Shown piece by piece: positions 22,953 to 34,420 of a DNA stretch of 64,000 nucleotides (within the stretch, counting starts at the first letter, position 1; each line of letters starts with the position of its first letter). This stretch comes from Botryllus schlosseri. Lineage: Eukaryota. Location: contig CM119381.1 in the NCBI GenBank assembly GCA_051294905.1, forward strand, positions 2,170,001-2,234,000. The letters are read 5' to 3'. The notes beneath the pieces are model-generated. The model saw only the letters and a list, made by a program, of their open reading frames with translations. It searched no databases and was not told where the DNA came from. A program made the translations under genes and the position numbers.

Positions 22953-23759
22953 TAGGGTTACCATATTTTGGAATCGGGAAAGGAAGACACTTTTTCAAAA
23001 TTTTTAAACTTAGATTACCGGAGAAAGATCTTGAAAAACTGATAAATTTTTCCCACTTCGCGGTCGGTTGACTAAAAAAAGGTAGACTTCTTCACTCAGC
23101 TTCCAAAATACGGCTTTTTTCTTTCTCATTATCAGTTGGTTGACTAAAAAAGGGGCCACGTTTCCGGCTCAGCTCCCGACATACCCGCCTTGCTTGCTTC
23201 GGTGCTGATTTACGGTATCTCAGTCGAACTTGGCCGTAAATGTGACCAAAATTCTCAAAAAAGGGGACAAACTCTCAAAAAGGAGGACAGATCCTTCTAA
23301 AGGTAGGTTCTATACCAATACCGAGAAAACCATTACCGAGAATGGACATTACCGAGAATGCCATTACCGAGAATGTACATTACCGAGAATTGACATTACC
23401 CAGAATGGCCATTACCGAGAATGGACACCACCGACAATGGACATTACCGAGAATGGCCAATGTCAAGAATATAGCTTACAGGGACTGACGTTGTCGAGAA
23501 ATTTATACCTGAGCATCGATACCGAATGTGGCAACGCCGTGATGCACTCACACGACCTGTGCATATGCATAACATGCCTGCATTGCATATATTGCATTCT
23601 CGGTAATGTCCATTCTCGGTGGTGTCCATTCTCGGTAATGTCCATTCTCTGTGGTGTCCATTCTCGGTAATGTCCATTCTCCGTGGTGTCCATTCTCGGT
23701 AATGGCATTCTCGGTAATGGTTTTCTCGGTATTGACCGGACACCTTACAGGCAACCCTA
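22953..23759 (-). mobile_element. Second copy of the Blackjack-type MITE, inverted and interrupted by a foldback element
   Basis: Starts TAGGGTTACCATATTTTGGAA (the reverse complement of the right end of the 11713 copy), shares GTTGACTAAAAAA and AGGAGGACAGATCC, and ends GGCAACCCTA. Confidence 0.8.
23304..23740. mobile_element. Foldback-like element: two inverted arrays of a 16-bp unit CATTACCGAGAATGGA
   Basis: Nine units at 23316-23458 face nine reverse-complement units at 23594-23734 across a unique core of about 135 bp. Confidence 0.85.
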
Positions 23760-24464
23760 AATAAAACGCTCATAAAGTAACACCCCGCTATCGATAGCTG
23801 ACATTCGCTAGACGTGTCACAGATATGATGTATAATTCGCCTTCTGACTAACTTTAAACCGAAAATAGCATTTTGAACCATAAAAGATGATCATCACTTA
23901 ATATTATGGTTGGGCACAATGATTGGAGTACTGAAATGATACGCTCCTTGCCAATAAGAGCTAATTTATCAAAGACAATTATAGTTTTGATACTATTTTC
24001 CACTGTAGAAAGCTGTAAACCTCCATTAGTCGCACCCCAAAGCTACGCTACACAAGAAACGCTGCGTCCGAACACTTGTAAGCAGATGCGGTCAGTATAG
24101 AAGTACTTCTACTTTCTCAAAGTACTCAAGTAGATCTTGGCGACTTCCACTAATTAGTCAAGTGGTTACTTACAAATTTTCGGTGATCAGCAAAGATAAT
24201 ATTACAGTACTATTATTTTTAGTTACTTGAAAAACACTACTTGCAGTTGATTACAAACTTACGACGTTACTTCTACTTCTCCTTGAGCACCAATTACGAT
24301 TACTTTGACTATCTCTGCCTGTAAACTATATGAAATAGATGAATATTACCACTCTATGGCAGTCGCAGATTATGGTTCTCTGAATTCCTACTGCCATGTT
24401 GTGACATCAAATGTCTAATGTTGAGACCGATATTTTTTTCCGAGCGTGACCAACCAGATATTTC

Positions 24465-25156
24465 TAGTGGTATAATTAAACTAATTAGAGGGAGATGCCG
24501 ATAACTTGATTCTAATCAGATTTGTAAAATCTTTGTTTGCTTTAATTCCAATTCTAACCTAATTTGTGAAATGTTCATATGCTCTTCATTTTGATTCTAA
24601 TTTAATTTCTCGATTTCCTGTTTGTTTGTTTGTTTTTTGGGGTATTCATGGTGTTTGTCGACTACTATGGTCATTTACACCAGGCCGATATTCTTCTTGT
24701 TTTCCGTAACTGCCGACTTATAGCACGGCCCACCTCTAGGCTTTCTGTAAGACACCGCTGACGCGGATGAGGTGGCGAGGAGGAGCCTAGGTAAACCTCC
24801 AACACTTAGGTGTCGGAATTCGGAAGTCGACCTCGGTCGGACTCGAACCCGCACCCATTGGTGTTGCAGCCGCGGATTATACCACTGCGCTATCTCGCCA
24901 CCTCGATTTCCTGTAAATACTAGAGAAGAACTGTATAACGCGAAACGATCCAGGCTTGCTATTGCTATTGAATTTGCTATTCTCATGTTCATGAGATTTG
25001 ATATTAACGGAACTCGATTCAATGTACAAGTTGTCGCGAATTCTGTAATTCTAATTCTAATCTAATTGCGTAGCTATAATTCTATATATAATTTAATATG
25101 GAAATAACTGGGTCGCAATAATTCTAATTCTAACCGGGAAAAGTTATCCAAGTCTG
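24465..25156 (+). mobile_element. Family B MITE interrupted by a full-length SINE
   Basis: The B core is continuous on both sides of the SINE target duplication. Right end AGTTATCCAAGTCTG. Confidence 0.75.
24622..24901 (-). mobile_element. tRNA-derived SINE family C, full length
   Basis: Minus strand: GTGGCGAGATAGCGCAGTGGT (A box) ... GGTTCGAGTCC (B box), a unique body, and an (AAAC)n tail. Flanked by a 13-bp TSD CTCGATTTCCTGT (24609-24621 and 24902-24914). Confidence 0.92.
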
Positions 25157-27137
25157 CTTCGTCGGCATGTCTACTAATTGAGTCAGCCTGTTCGATTTCG
25201 GATCCAGATTGCAGGTATTGGCTTGCATTCCTTCCAATATCAGCATGAACAGAAGCAACGGGCAACATATCGATCGATTACCTTGGGTCAACTGTTAATA
25301 ATAATAGATGACTAACGTTGATAGGTCACTATAATTTCTCTCACAGGCTTACTTTTACGATGCACGCCTAGGAAATTTGTATTCCGTTTGGTACAGGCTA
25401 TATTTGGAAATTTACTTCCTCGTTTTATACTTCCAGAATTGAGATATGACGCATAATTCGAACCGTGCCACTTGTTTGTAGCGTTCAATCGCATCGGGAT
25501 AGTCACGCGGTCTCGTCGCACGAGTGTTGATATTAGAAATAATACACGCTAAGGTCGCCTCGCGACAGAAGAATCTTCTGGAGGCATCGTAAAGAGGATG
25601 TTCGTACGGAAATTCGTAATAACTTAGTAGAAATCGACGATGGGAACTGGTCGTAGCACAGGTGCCCGCGACATTTCCACGATTGTTTTTCTGAATTCTC
25701 GTCAAGTCCCTGACGATTACCCGTGACTAGATTCAGCTGAAGATAATCGGGTTTATTTCAATATGAATACAGTCTTCATTTAATTCCGACAGTTTGGTTA
25801 AGCTCACTTTTGGCCGAATCAAGCGGAGAAACGATCAATTATTTTCGTTTCATGGTCGTGCGTAAAGGCACATAACGTAGTCAGAATACGGTACTGTTAC
25901 GTAATAAATGAATTGCAGCTGCGTTATGCTGCAGTAAATGGCACAGATCGCATAACATGCACATTAGTTATTCCTTCAGGATAGTTGTTTTGTACAGTAT
26001 TTGCGATACCAAACCATTCAACAAATACTGCTTCACTGTGTAACAACGCATATAGGGTTCAATAGTACTTTTTGATATCCCCAACAACGTAACTAACTGC
26101 CGAACTGTCAAGGAAGCGTCCTTTATTCTTCTTTTACTCTATAATGAGCAATTTCACTTGTTCTTTTACACTTTTCTGTTCGAATCTGTTCTATTAGACG
26201 CAACTGTGCCCAATTAAAAGCGACTATAATCTGGCACGACCATGTATAAGTTAATTGTCGATTATTATTGCATGGGTCGTCTTGTTTCACTATAATCACT
26301 CATCTTGTGTTAAGACGGACGAAGTACTGTTTATCGTGCCGTGCCCATAACCTAACGATTGGATTTGCGAGCCTGTGATCTAATTAACCGGAGTCTTTGC
26401 AGTTGTCCGGGTTATATGGTATTATGCGGAGTCGGCATATACAATTGTATTATACAGTTGCACATGCAATTGCGGTATACAATTGTATACTAGAGTTTTG
26501 AATCTCTTCAGATATGGACGTGTGAGTTTATGACTACACGATAATCGCTGGTCATTTACGAAATAGCGGCATAGATTGTGTTACGCGTCGTTGTGGTATA
26601 AAATTACATCCGCGTTATTAGCATTACCGATGAAAAAAGGGGATTTGCAACAAAGCCCTCGCGAAGTTAGCATAAGATTACGCCGGCGTCTATTTTTAGC
26701 CTGTTACACCATGCGTCTTCAAACGAGTGCGTTTGTAATCCGACGGGGATGACGGAGTATCTACGTTTCAAGCCTAAGATTTTGACTGAAACCGCTTATC
26801 TGATTGTATTTGATGTAAATTACGGAGCTCAATGCTGTGTAACACGAAATGGGTGTTGTGTTGACTAAATTTTGCCGTGAGGGAAGTATTTATGTAATGT
26901 TCCAGCGAGCGGGCGTATGTTTTCGTAACCTGCATCTACGCTTATACTGTGTATTCTACGATGATTCGTCAGGGTGCTATATAAGGAATTAATTCCCCTT
27001 TGCCCATAGCACGACTTCTCCGATATAGCTGTCAAACACACAGCGTCTTTTCCATAATTTCTACCAACCAATTCCATTGCTGTGGTCAGTCGGTTGGTAC
27101 AGGGCAGTGCTTATAAACATTCAATAACCCGATAAGC

Positions 27138-28478
27138 CAGCGGTTCTCAACCGGGGGTCCGCGGACCCCTAGGGGTCCGCGAAGCAATTTCAGGGGGTCC
27201 GCGAGACCTCTAAATTTTTTAAATTGCTGATAACGTAATTTTTATTTAATTTTTTAATTTGAGAGAGCGTGAGGCAGTTTCGCATCACAACTGCTGAAAA
27301 CTCATGACTCATATCATTATAATAATCGTCCGACATGAACTATCGCAGTGTAGAAATTCATTTTCATTGCCAATTTTCCAATAACCTGCTGATACAAACA
27401 TATTGCTGTTTAGAGACGTTTTGTTGATGTTTGTGGAAAAAATAAAAATATAGAGATAGTAACGTCAATCAGGGTGACTTCGTAATGTCTGCGAAATCCT
27501 CTCGATTTGAAGTTGTCAGTCTCATCAAATTAGACAACAGTCGTTTGAAACAAAATTTTTCGAAGTATTTCCCTAATTTGTCCAAATGCAGGGATTGAAA
27601 CCTCGCCACGAAATCCATTGTATCCTATACGTAACCACTATTTGAGCAGCTTCTTGGAAGTACAGAACTTCAATATACAATTGAATAGTATATTCATATT
27701 GAAATGAACCCGAATATGTTTGGCTGACACTCGTCATAAATCAGACAATGATATACCTGCTCTTAAAGCTCGGCTATCAGATTTGGCGCATTCTTATTGC
27801 GGATGCCCTATCGACAAGGCTGATATTTTGATGACCAAGGAGTGTTTCGTTGCTATCAAAGCATTACCCCCCAACCCTGAAATTCATAGCACCAGTTATA
27901 TTGGTATGCAGCCTTGTCTTGTTAATGTTGAATTGTTCATGGTCGAAAATGTTCACTCGTAAATATATATGTAAACCCGAACAGAACAAGTCGTTTCATG
28001 ACAGTCTTTCTCGGATTGGAAAACTTGGATCCATTATTTGGCGCATAAAATTTGTCTATACTTTTTTATTAGGATTTCACTTTGGCGGTAGAAACTCTCT
28101 TCGGGCGATCACGCCAAAAGTATCGTCGGAAGCGTTATGCGTTAATATTGCATTAGCCTCCATCTATCTTTTCGGCACTCGTTCATATCAAAACGAAGAC
28201 GCGGATTTTCAAGACACGACCACATGTTTCAAGAAAGTCAGCAGCAAAATTAGCTTTGAAATAATGAAAGTCTACTAATTTCTACATAAATAGTATGATG
28301 TTATTTCAAGAAAAATCATTATTTTGCTGTTTATCACAAGCCTACAGTTCATATTTGCACGAGACAGATGAAGGTTGCTCCATAATAGAGCTAAAATTGA
28401 ACTAAAACTTGAGGGGGTCCGCGAGGGTCCATGACGGTCAAAAGGGGTCCGCGAAGCCAAAAAGGATGAGAACCACTG
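27138..28478. mobile_element. 1.34-kb non-autonomous hAT element containing a family A arm
   Basis: TIRs CAGCGGTTCTCAACC and GGATGAGAACCACTG, subterminal GGGGTCCGCG repeats at both ends, perfect 8-bp TSD CGATAAGC. Confidence 0.93.
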
Positions 28479-31400
28479 CGATAAGCCATCACGCTAATCT
28501 GTACGCCTTCGGGGAACCCCAAACTTCAGCCGAGTCACAGAAACAGAAACCTATAACATCACACATTTAAGCACGCACCTATTAAATTACAAAATGAAAT
28601 GCGCACCAACAGAATGTTAAAAGAACAAAGCTTTTAAAGCATAACTGTAACACGCACATTATAGTGAACATTTATTTTAAATCTTCTGCTCTTTCCCGTC
28701 AGAGACCAGTTTGAAATGCGATGTTTCGCCTTAGAAAGTGTCTTCGTAATGTTCAGTCGGAACGCAACATCGTGAAGTCAATCGTTTATTTGCAAACGAG
28801 CTTACATATATTGGAGATAGAATCAGTATTTCAGAACAACGGGGTTTCGATTTCGGACGAATTACCTGCAACCAAATGATGGCCAATACGGGCTTGTCAT
28901 GAGATCATATGTATGAGTTGGGTGTGTTGCTATAACTACAGCGGACAGGCTCAGAGAAACCTTAAGGTTTTCGGGAAGAGCAAATTCTACAACAGACGTT
29001 ACAGTGTATGGGTTATTGGGTAGGCCTGTAAGCGCAATTTTAATGGCATGATTCATGGCAGCATGGCTGGGATATTCCTATCGTGAATCGTTGGTGAAGG
29101 AAAAGTACAGGACGCTACTCATACTCTTTGCATAAAAATTCTTCATAATAAAATACTACGTAATCTAAGCTGTTGCACCTTATTGTCGCAAATGTATATG
29201 AGCAATTACACAGTGATTCATATCCATTGTAGGCAAGGCATTGGCCACACCCACTAATGAATGACGTAGTGTAAATCACGGTGTATCAATACGATTTCGA
29301 TCATATGGTCGACGCTGCCTTGTTTAAACACGGCTCTGAAAGAATTAGGGGTTTCAGCACGGCCGAACGGATGTCCAGTTGGTGCTCATATTTGTTGATG
29401 ATATCACAGTGTACGCTACTCGAAAAGCGTTGAACTTTGCCAAGTTTGTATACTTGCACGGCTGACGTGCAATTGAAATATCCAAAAATACCGAGGTTAG
29501 CTCGAAAATTCAGTCACTTGAACCTGTAAGAAATAGTTCATAGGGATCATTCGTCACTTTTCATGTCCGCGAGACCTTATTATGATGATAATTCAACGTC
29601 ATATCGATTGTTGGCCTCTTACCCAAACGTACTCAGCAAAGCTTTGAATTAGGGTCATCAACTCGGTTAAGTGTTTATTTGTGTTGTGAATCCGCTAAGA
29701 ACGAAGTGAAAGGCATGGCCCAGATACTCCGAGTCGAATTGGAGCTACTCAATGAAACCGAATCCGGCCATTGTGTACTGACATGTCATCACTATCGTAA
29801 TCTCGCGGGCAACTCTGTACCGCGTGGTCAGACTCCGTTAAATTTCCTTTCTGACGGCAAATAACAGTGTGCGGAATTACGCACAAACGCATAACCGTTT
29901 ATTGCAACATCCTGTTTTATTCAGCAGCGTCCCAAGCGATCAATCACTAATATGTGTTTATTACAGGAAGCCTTTTTGTAAATCAAATCGTGAGATTGCT
30001 ATGCTATTGCTAGCTCGGTACTTGCGGTAGGATATATGATGCTTCTTGGCCGAGTCAGCGTCGCGATGCATGTTTGTACCGGTGGTGAAGCATCTTTCGT
30101 CGTAAAGCCAAGCTGTTTGTAAGCTGGTCATTAATCTTACCCTAGGTGGTAAAAGTGTATAAATGCCTATGCGCTCTTTCGTGATTTGTCTGATTATTAA
30201 TGTGATTCTATAAATAGAAGATGAGTGCTCCCATGTACAGTATCAGTGTATGGTCGATGGTCATAAGTACAGCAATTCGGAGACAGCCATCAATATAATA
30301 AGCTATGACTCGATGCAAGGCCATTGTAGATATGGTTCTGGCCAGCGCTACGCTCTGGTGACTGGGCGCAGTGTTGCGCGACATCTCAACCCTTTAATGA
30401 GCAACACTGACTACTGTCCGGAATGAATGAAATATTGAAGTATCGGCGAATAAAGATCATTAGCTTTCATCCGGCTGTATAAAATGTGGGCTGCGCTTCC
30501 GCCAGAGTTCAAAAGTCGGCGGAAGATACATCGATTTATCGCTCTCATGACCTAAACTTGGGTGCTTTACAGCGGATACGTAATGACAATAAAAATAATT
30601 ATAGAATGATACGCCGATTTACAGCACATCCATTATAATCAATGAGTGCGCCTGCTTCCGGGGCATTGATCTAGAACGGGCTATTTTGCAACATAATTAA
30701 ATAAAGTCTGTATTCTGTACCATGATTTTACAGCGTGAATAACTCGAACCATCGATATCTGTTATGTTTATGTTTGTGTGTACTAGCGACAAAGTAAGTC
30801 ATGCTTTAGGCAAAGATTTACATCCAGCGAAATTACTTGTAAACGAGTTCTCACATCATCATGCATCATGCGACTAAACCGACTGTCGTGTTTATCGTAC
30901 GAATTTCGGGACCGTTGTGAAGATCAGGAATTTCGTTACAAACTACTCGGAATATTACAGATGATATTCTCATGCACGCATTGTTTTCCACTTTTATATA
31001 ATCCAATGCACCGTTATAGAATATACAGAGTTATTTCGTGTAGATCTGGAATTCGCCGATAGATAGGCTTACTGACCGGATTACATAAAATTGTTCTGAT
31101 CCCAAGAGATAGCGACACCACGATGAATTATGCGATTATGGAGTGGAATATTGTCGTATGATTTATTACACGAGTAGTTTTTGATTGCATATCTTTATGC
31201 TTATCGCGAGACGAACTTGGTGCACTTGTTGTCTGAAATAGGTGGGCTGCTTTTAGTACGTTCAGTATGCATTTGTGACAAGGTTTATTAAGACAGAACA
31301 TTGAATTGACTGTTTTTGTAAGCGGACGTACGTTGACCACCAAATCGAAGATTTTGCGATGTGAGGTCCTCGCCAACGTGATATCCTACAATTAAGTGCT

Positions 31401-31716
31401 TTGAATTGGTCCTTGGAAAGTGGGACGGTGCAGAGTGTAAACGATTACGTTTGTGTATCTATTTTCAACATTAGAAATAACTCTTGTTTCCTCTTCTTCT
31501 CGTGGATGGGTTCGGTATAGGGTGTGCTTCTCACCGAGAGCCTCTGCCTCTATGTACTCTGCAGTGTGTATACAGTGCGTACAGTATAAGCCAGCTAAGT
31601 AGTGCATTGCATATTTTGTGTTCTACGCGCATGTCGTGCATTGATTAGGCTGCCAAAAGTCCAAAAAATACACCTCTCATTTGACGGTCCCAACGCGTGC
31701 TTCGGAGCATCTACGG

Positions 31717-32280
31717 CAGGGTTGTAACCAAGTCACAAAGCTCCGAGTCACAAGTCATTCTCACTTTTATGGTTTTGACTCGAGTCAAGTCGAGTCATTT
31801 TCAGTTCACCACCGAGTCAAGTCCGAGTCCAAGTCATCGAACAGAGGTTCGAGTCCGAGTCATGGTATTATGACTCGAGTCCGAGTCCAAGTCATTGTGT
31901 TTACTGCTCAGTTTTCAGTTAAAGTCTTGTTAAACCCACTCTTATAATTCTGTTTAGTGATATCGAATGGTTCGCATTTATAAATATACTAATTTCCCTC
32001 ACTTTTAACAGTTTCTGGTCGCATTTTCAAGTACCAGTACTAATAGACGTAATCCCAATAGGGTGGTTACTTTACTGTTCTTCGAAATTACAATTAAATG
32101 TCGGTCTTGGCCCTCTGAATCTCGAGTCAATCTGTGTATTGACTCGAGTCCAAGTCGAGTCAATACACAGATTGACTCGAGTCGAGTCGAGTCATTTCCG
32201 GATTTTGATAAAATGACTCGAGTCAAGTCGAGTCATCAAAAAATCGTGACTCGAGTCTGACTCGAGTCATTACAACCCTG
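31717..32280. mobile_element. 564-bp hAT MITE with GACTCGAGTC subterminal arrays
   Basis: TIRs CAGGGTTGTAA and TTACAACCCTG. Perfect 8-bp TSD ATCTACGG. Confidence 0.93.
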
Positions 32281-33369
32281 ATCTACGGTACACAGCGGTC
32301 TGAACACTCATGATGTATATTTTAGCGCAAGCACACCATAACAGTTTGAAAATGACAGGTGAAATCAAACCATATGTACGGACACACCCTATCAGTAAAC
32401 AATCATCTTTATAAAATGATGGATAGATCAATAGGTCGATCATTAATGAGCACACTGCTCTGCGCCGATAATGTAAATACGTTCTGTAATCGTTTCCAAT
32501 CGTAATATCTCAATGCTGTGAGTCCGGATCAGAAGGCGTGAAGGGAAATCCGCGTAGTTCTCGCATAATTGTATGCTATTCAACTTGGTTATACTGAATT
32601 GACTCAGCGAGTGGCCGACGTGGTGAGTCTAAACTGCTTTCAAAGGTTCGAAAACTATGAATAATAAGCAGCCCTTCTATCATCGGATGCTATTTTTATC
32701 TTCTCACCCAGTTGAAATTCAAAATTGGTTGCTAATAAGCAAAAGAACAGGGTTATTAAAGATGGGAACGCCTTTGAAAACAAGACCGCTGCACAGCTTG
32801 AGTTACCCGCGACTTTTTCCCTTGACATTATGCCACCCGCGGAATGATACGTTTTACGCGACTGCGCGATGAATGGCTCGCGTCGCGCAAAAATATTTAT
32901 TCAAAGCCCCAAGTGCCTTTAAACTCCACTCTGAAAACATCTGCTGTTTTTCGACGTCTGGGCAGAGGAGATCCGGCGGCGTTGTAGGTATGCTCGCTCG
33001 CCCGATCTATTTACGTCATTATACATCTTGACAGAAGGGAGATTAAGTAAACTAACATTTGTCCTCACCGGATAAGGGTTTACATAAGCCTTTCGTTGAT
33101 TTACTCTGGCGCGCGTGGTGCAGCGCTCGCGGTTTATTAGGCAATCACAGCTTTGCAGTCAGAAATATACTGCCTTTCCCGCCGTGCCCGCTGTAGAAAT
33201 TACACAGTGCATAGAACATGTCTACCAGTGCATGGAGTGGCAACCTATAAAATTGGCTTGTCCTGGGGACCAAATTCTTAAACCCAATGCATAGCTTTAT
33301 AGATTTATTTACCCAATGATGGTTTATTTCAAGAATGTCGCTTACTAAGAACGGCGGTTGCAATAACGA

Positions 33370-33627
33370 TTGAAGAGCTTCTTGGAAGTACAGAACTTCA
33401 ATATACAATTGAATAGTATATTCATATTGAAATGAACTCGAATATTTTCGGCTGACACTCGCCAGGGGTAATCTTCAGCAACTAGTAGAGAATCGGACAG
33501 AACATATACAGCATCGCGATACAATGTTCTTTCCAATTCTCTACTATATAGTTGCTGACGATTACCCCTAACGAGTGTCAGCATAAAATATTCGGGTTCA
33601 TTACAATATGAATATGTTATTCAATTG
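33370..33627. mobile_element. Palindromic MITE family A, near-complete copy
   Basis: Left arm of about 115 bp (TTGAAGAGCTTCTTGGAAGTACAGAACTTCAATATACAATTGAATAGTATATTCATATTGAAATGAACTCGAATATTTTCGGCTGACACTCG...) with an inverted right arm that lacks the outer ~30 bp. The same sequence recurs many times in the window. Confidence 0.85.
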
Positions 33628-34366
33628 AAAAACGATTGAGTATATTGTAAATCATACCTGACGAACATATACGCTAATCTGTAAGCTGTCTCTGAAACCT
33701 ATGTTGTCCCACATTCACATATACAACAATCTACCACATTTAACCTCTACAGAATACTTGTGCATAAAATCAACTGGACATCAAGAACAATGTTAAAAGA
33801 ACGTCGCGTTTACAACATAAAACAAAAAGATTATAATGAATAGTTACCGCAGATCAGTGTCAATTCTTCTGTATGAGTCGTGCGTGTGTCTTGACTCCGG
33901 TTGACCCTCCAGACTAGCTCAGCGAATCCCGGTTAAGAAGCACTGTTGTCGATCAATTGGCTGGAGCGTAACATGACAAAATATGAAGCCCGTGTGCTAA
34001 TATGTTATATGTGTCGATCGATGCAATGCATTTTGGGGCATTCGTAGGGTTGCATTGAAAACAAGTGATATTTTGGAACACTTCGTTTAAACATAGTTTT
34101 GAAAAAAATGTTGTACAATTATACCATAATTGAGTAAATACTTCCGACAAATCATGTAGAATGAGCCCGAGGACGATTTGCAACCGTTATAATCAAAGTA
34201 TAATGGAGTGGTTAGAACCCTCGGAATCTTCGTCGGTTCGACAGTAGCAGCACGTATAGATATAGATCATTGGTACGGAATGGATGTCATGATTATGATG
34301 ACGGCCGACCGTAAAAATGCTGCATAAGATGTAGGCCTGATCACAAATATTTTTGTCCGTTTATGA

Positions 34367-34420
34367 CAGGGGTCGGAAGCCTTTTTCCTCAAAGGACCCT
34401 ATATTTTCAATTTTAACTGT
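34367..34420. mobile_element. Orphan hAT left terminus
   Basis: CAGGGGTCGGAAGCCTTTTT preceded by GTTTATGA. No matching right end found. Confidence 0.5.

Noticed and set aside
23316-23734. CRISPR-like array
   Set aside because: The units are contiguous with no unique spacers, the arrays are inverted, there are no cas genes, and the context is eukaryotic.
23230-23881. Four ORFs of 68-146 aa with repetitive HYRE/ITENG/TLPR peptides
   Set aside because: They are translations of the stop-free 16-bp array; the peptides simply cycle through three frames.
17595-24317. Single 6.7-kb composite transposon bounded by CAGACGTGGTCAAAGTA and TACTTTGACTATCTCTG
   Set aside because: The flanking 8-mers (GCAATGAC and CCTGTAAA) do not match, so two separate remnants are more likely.
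24830-24901. tRNA gene (also 44905-44977 and 42745-42810)
   Set aside because: A and B boxes are present but acceptor and anticodon stems do not pair properly, and each continues into a SINE body and tail.
27720-28460. Transposase ORFs inside the 1.34-kb hAT (and 57307-57532 in the 717-bp hAT)
   Set aside because: No BED finger, DDE or hAT dimerisation motif is recognisable, and the ORFs are short.
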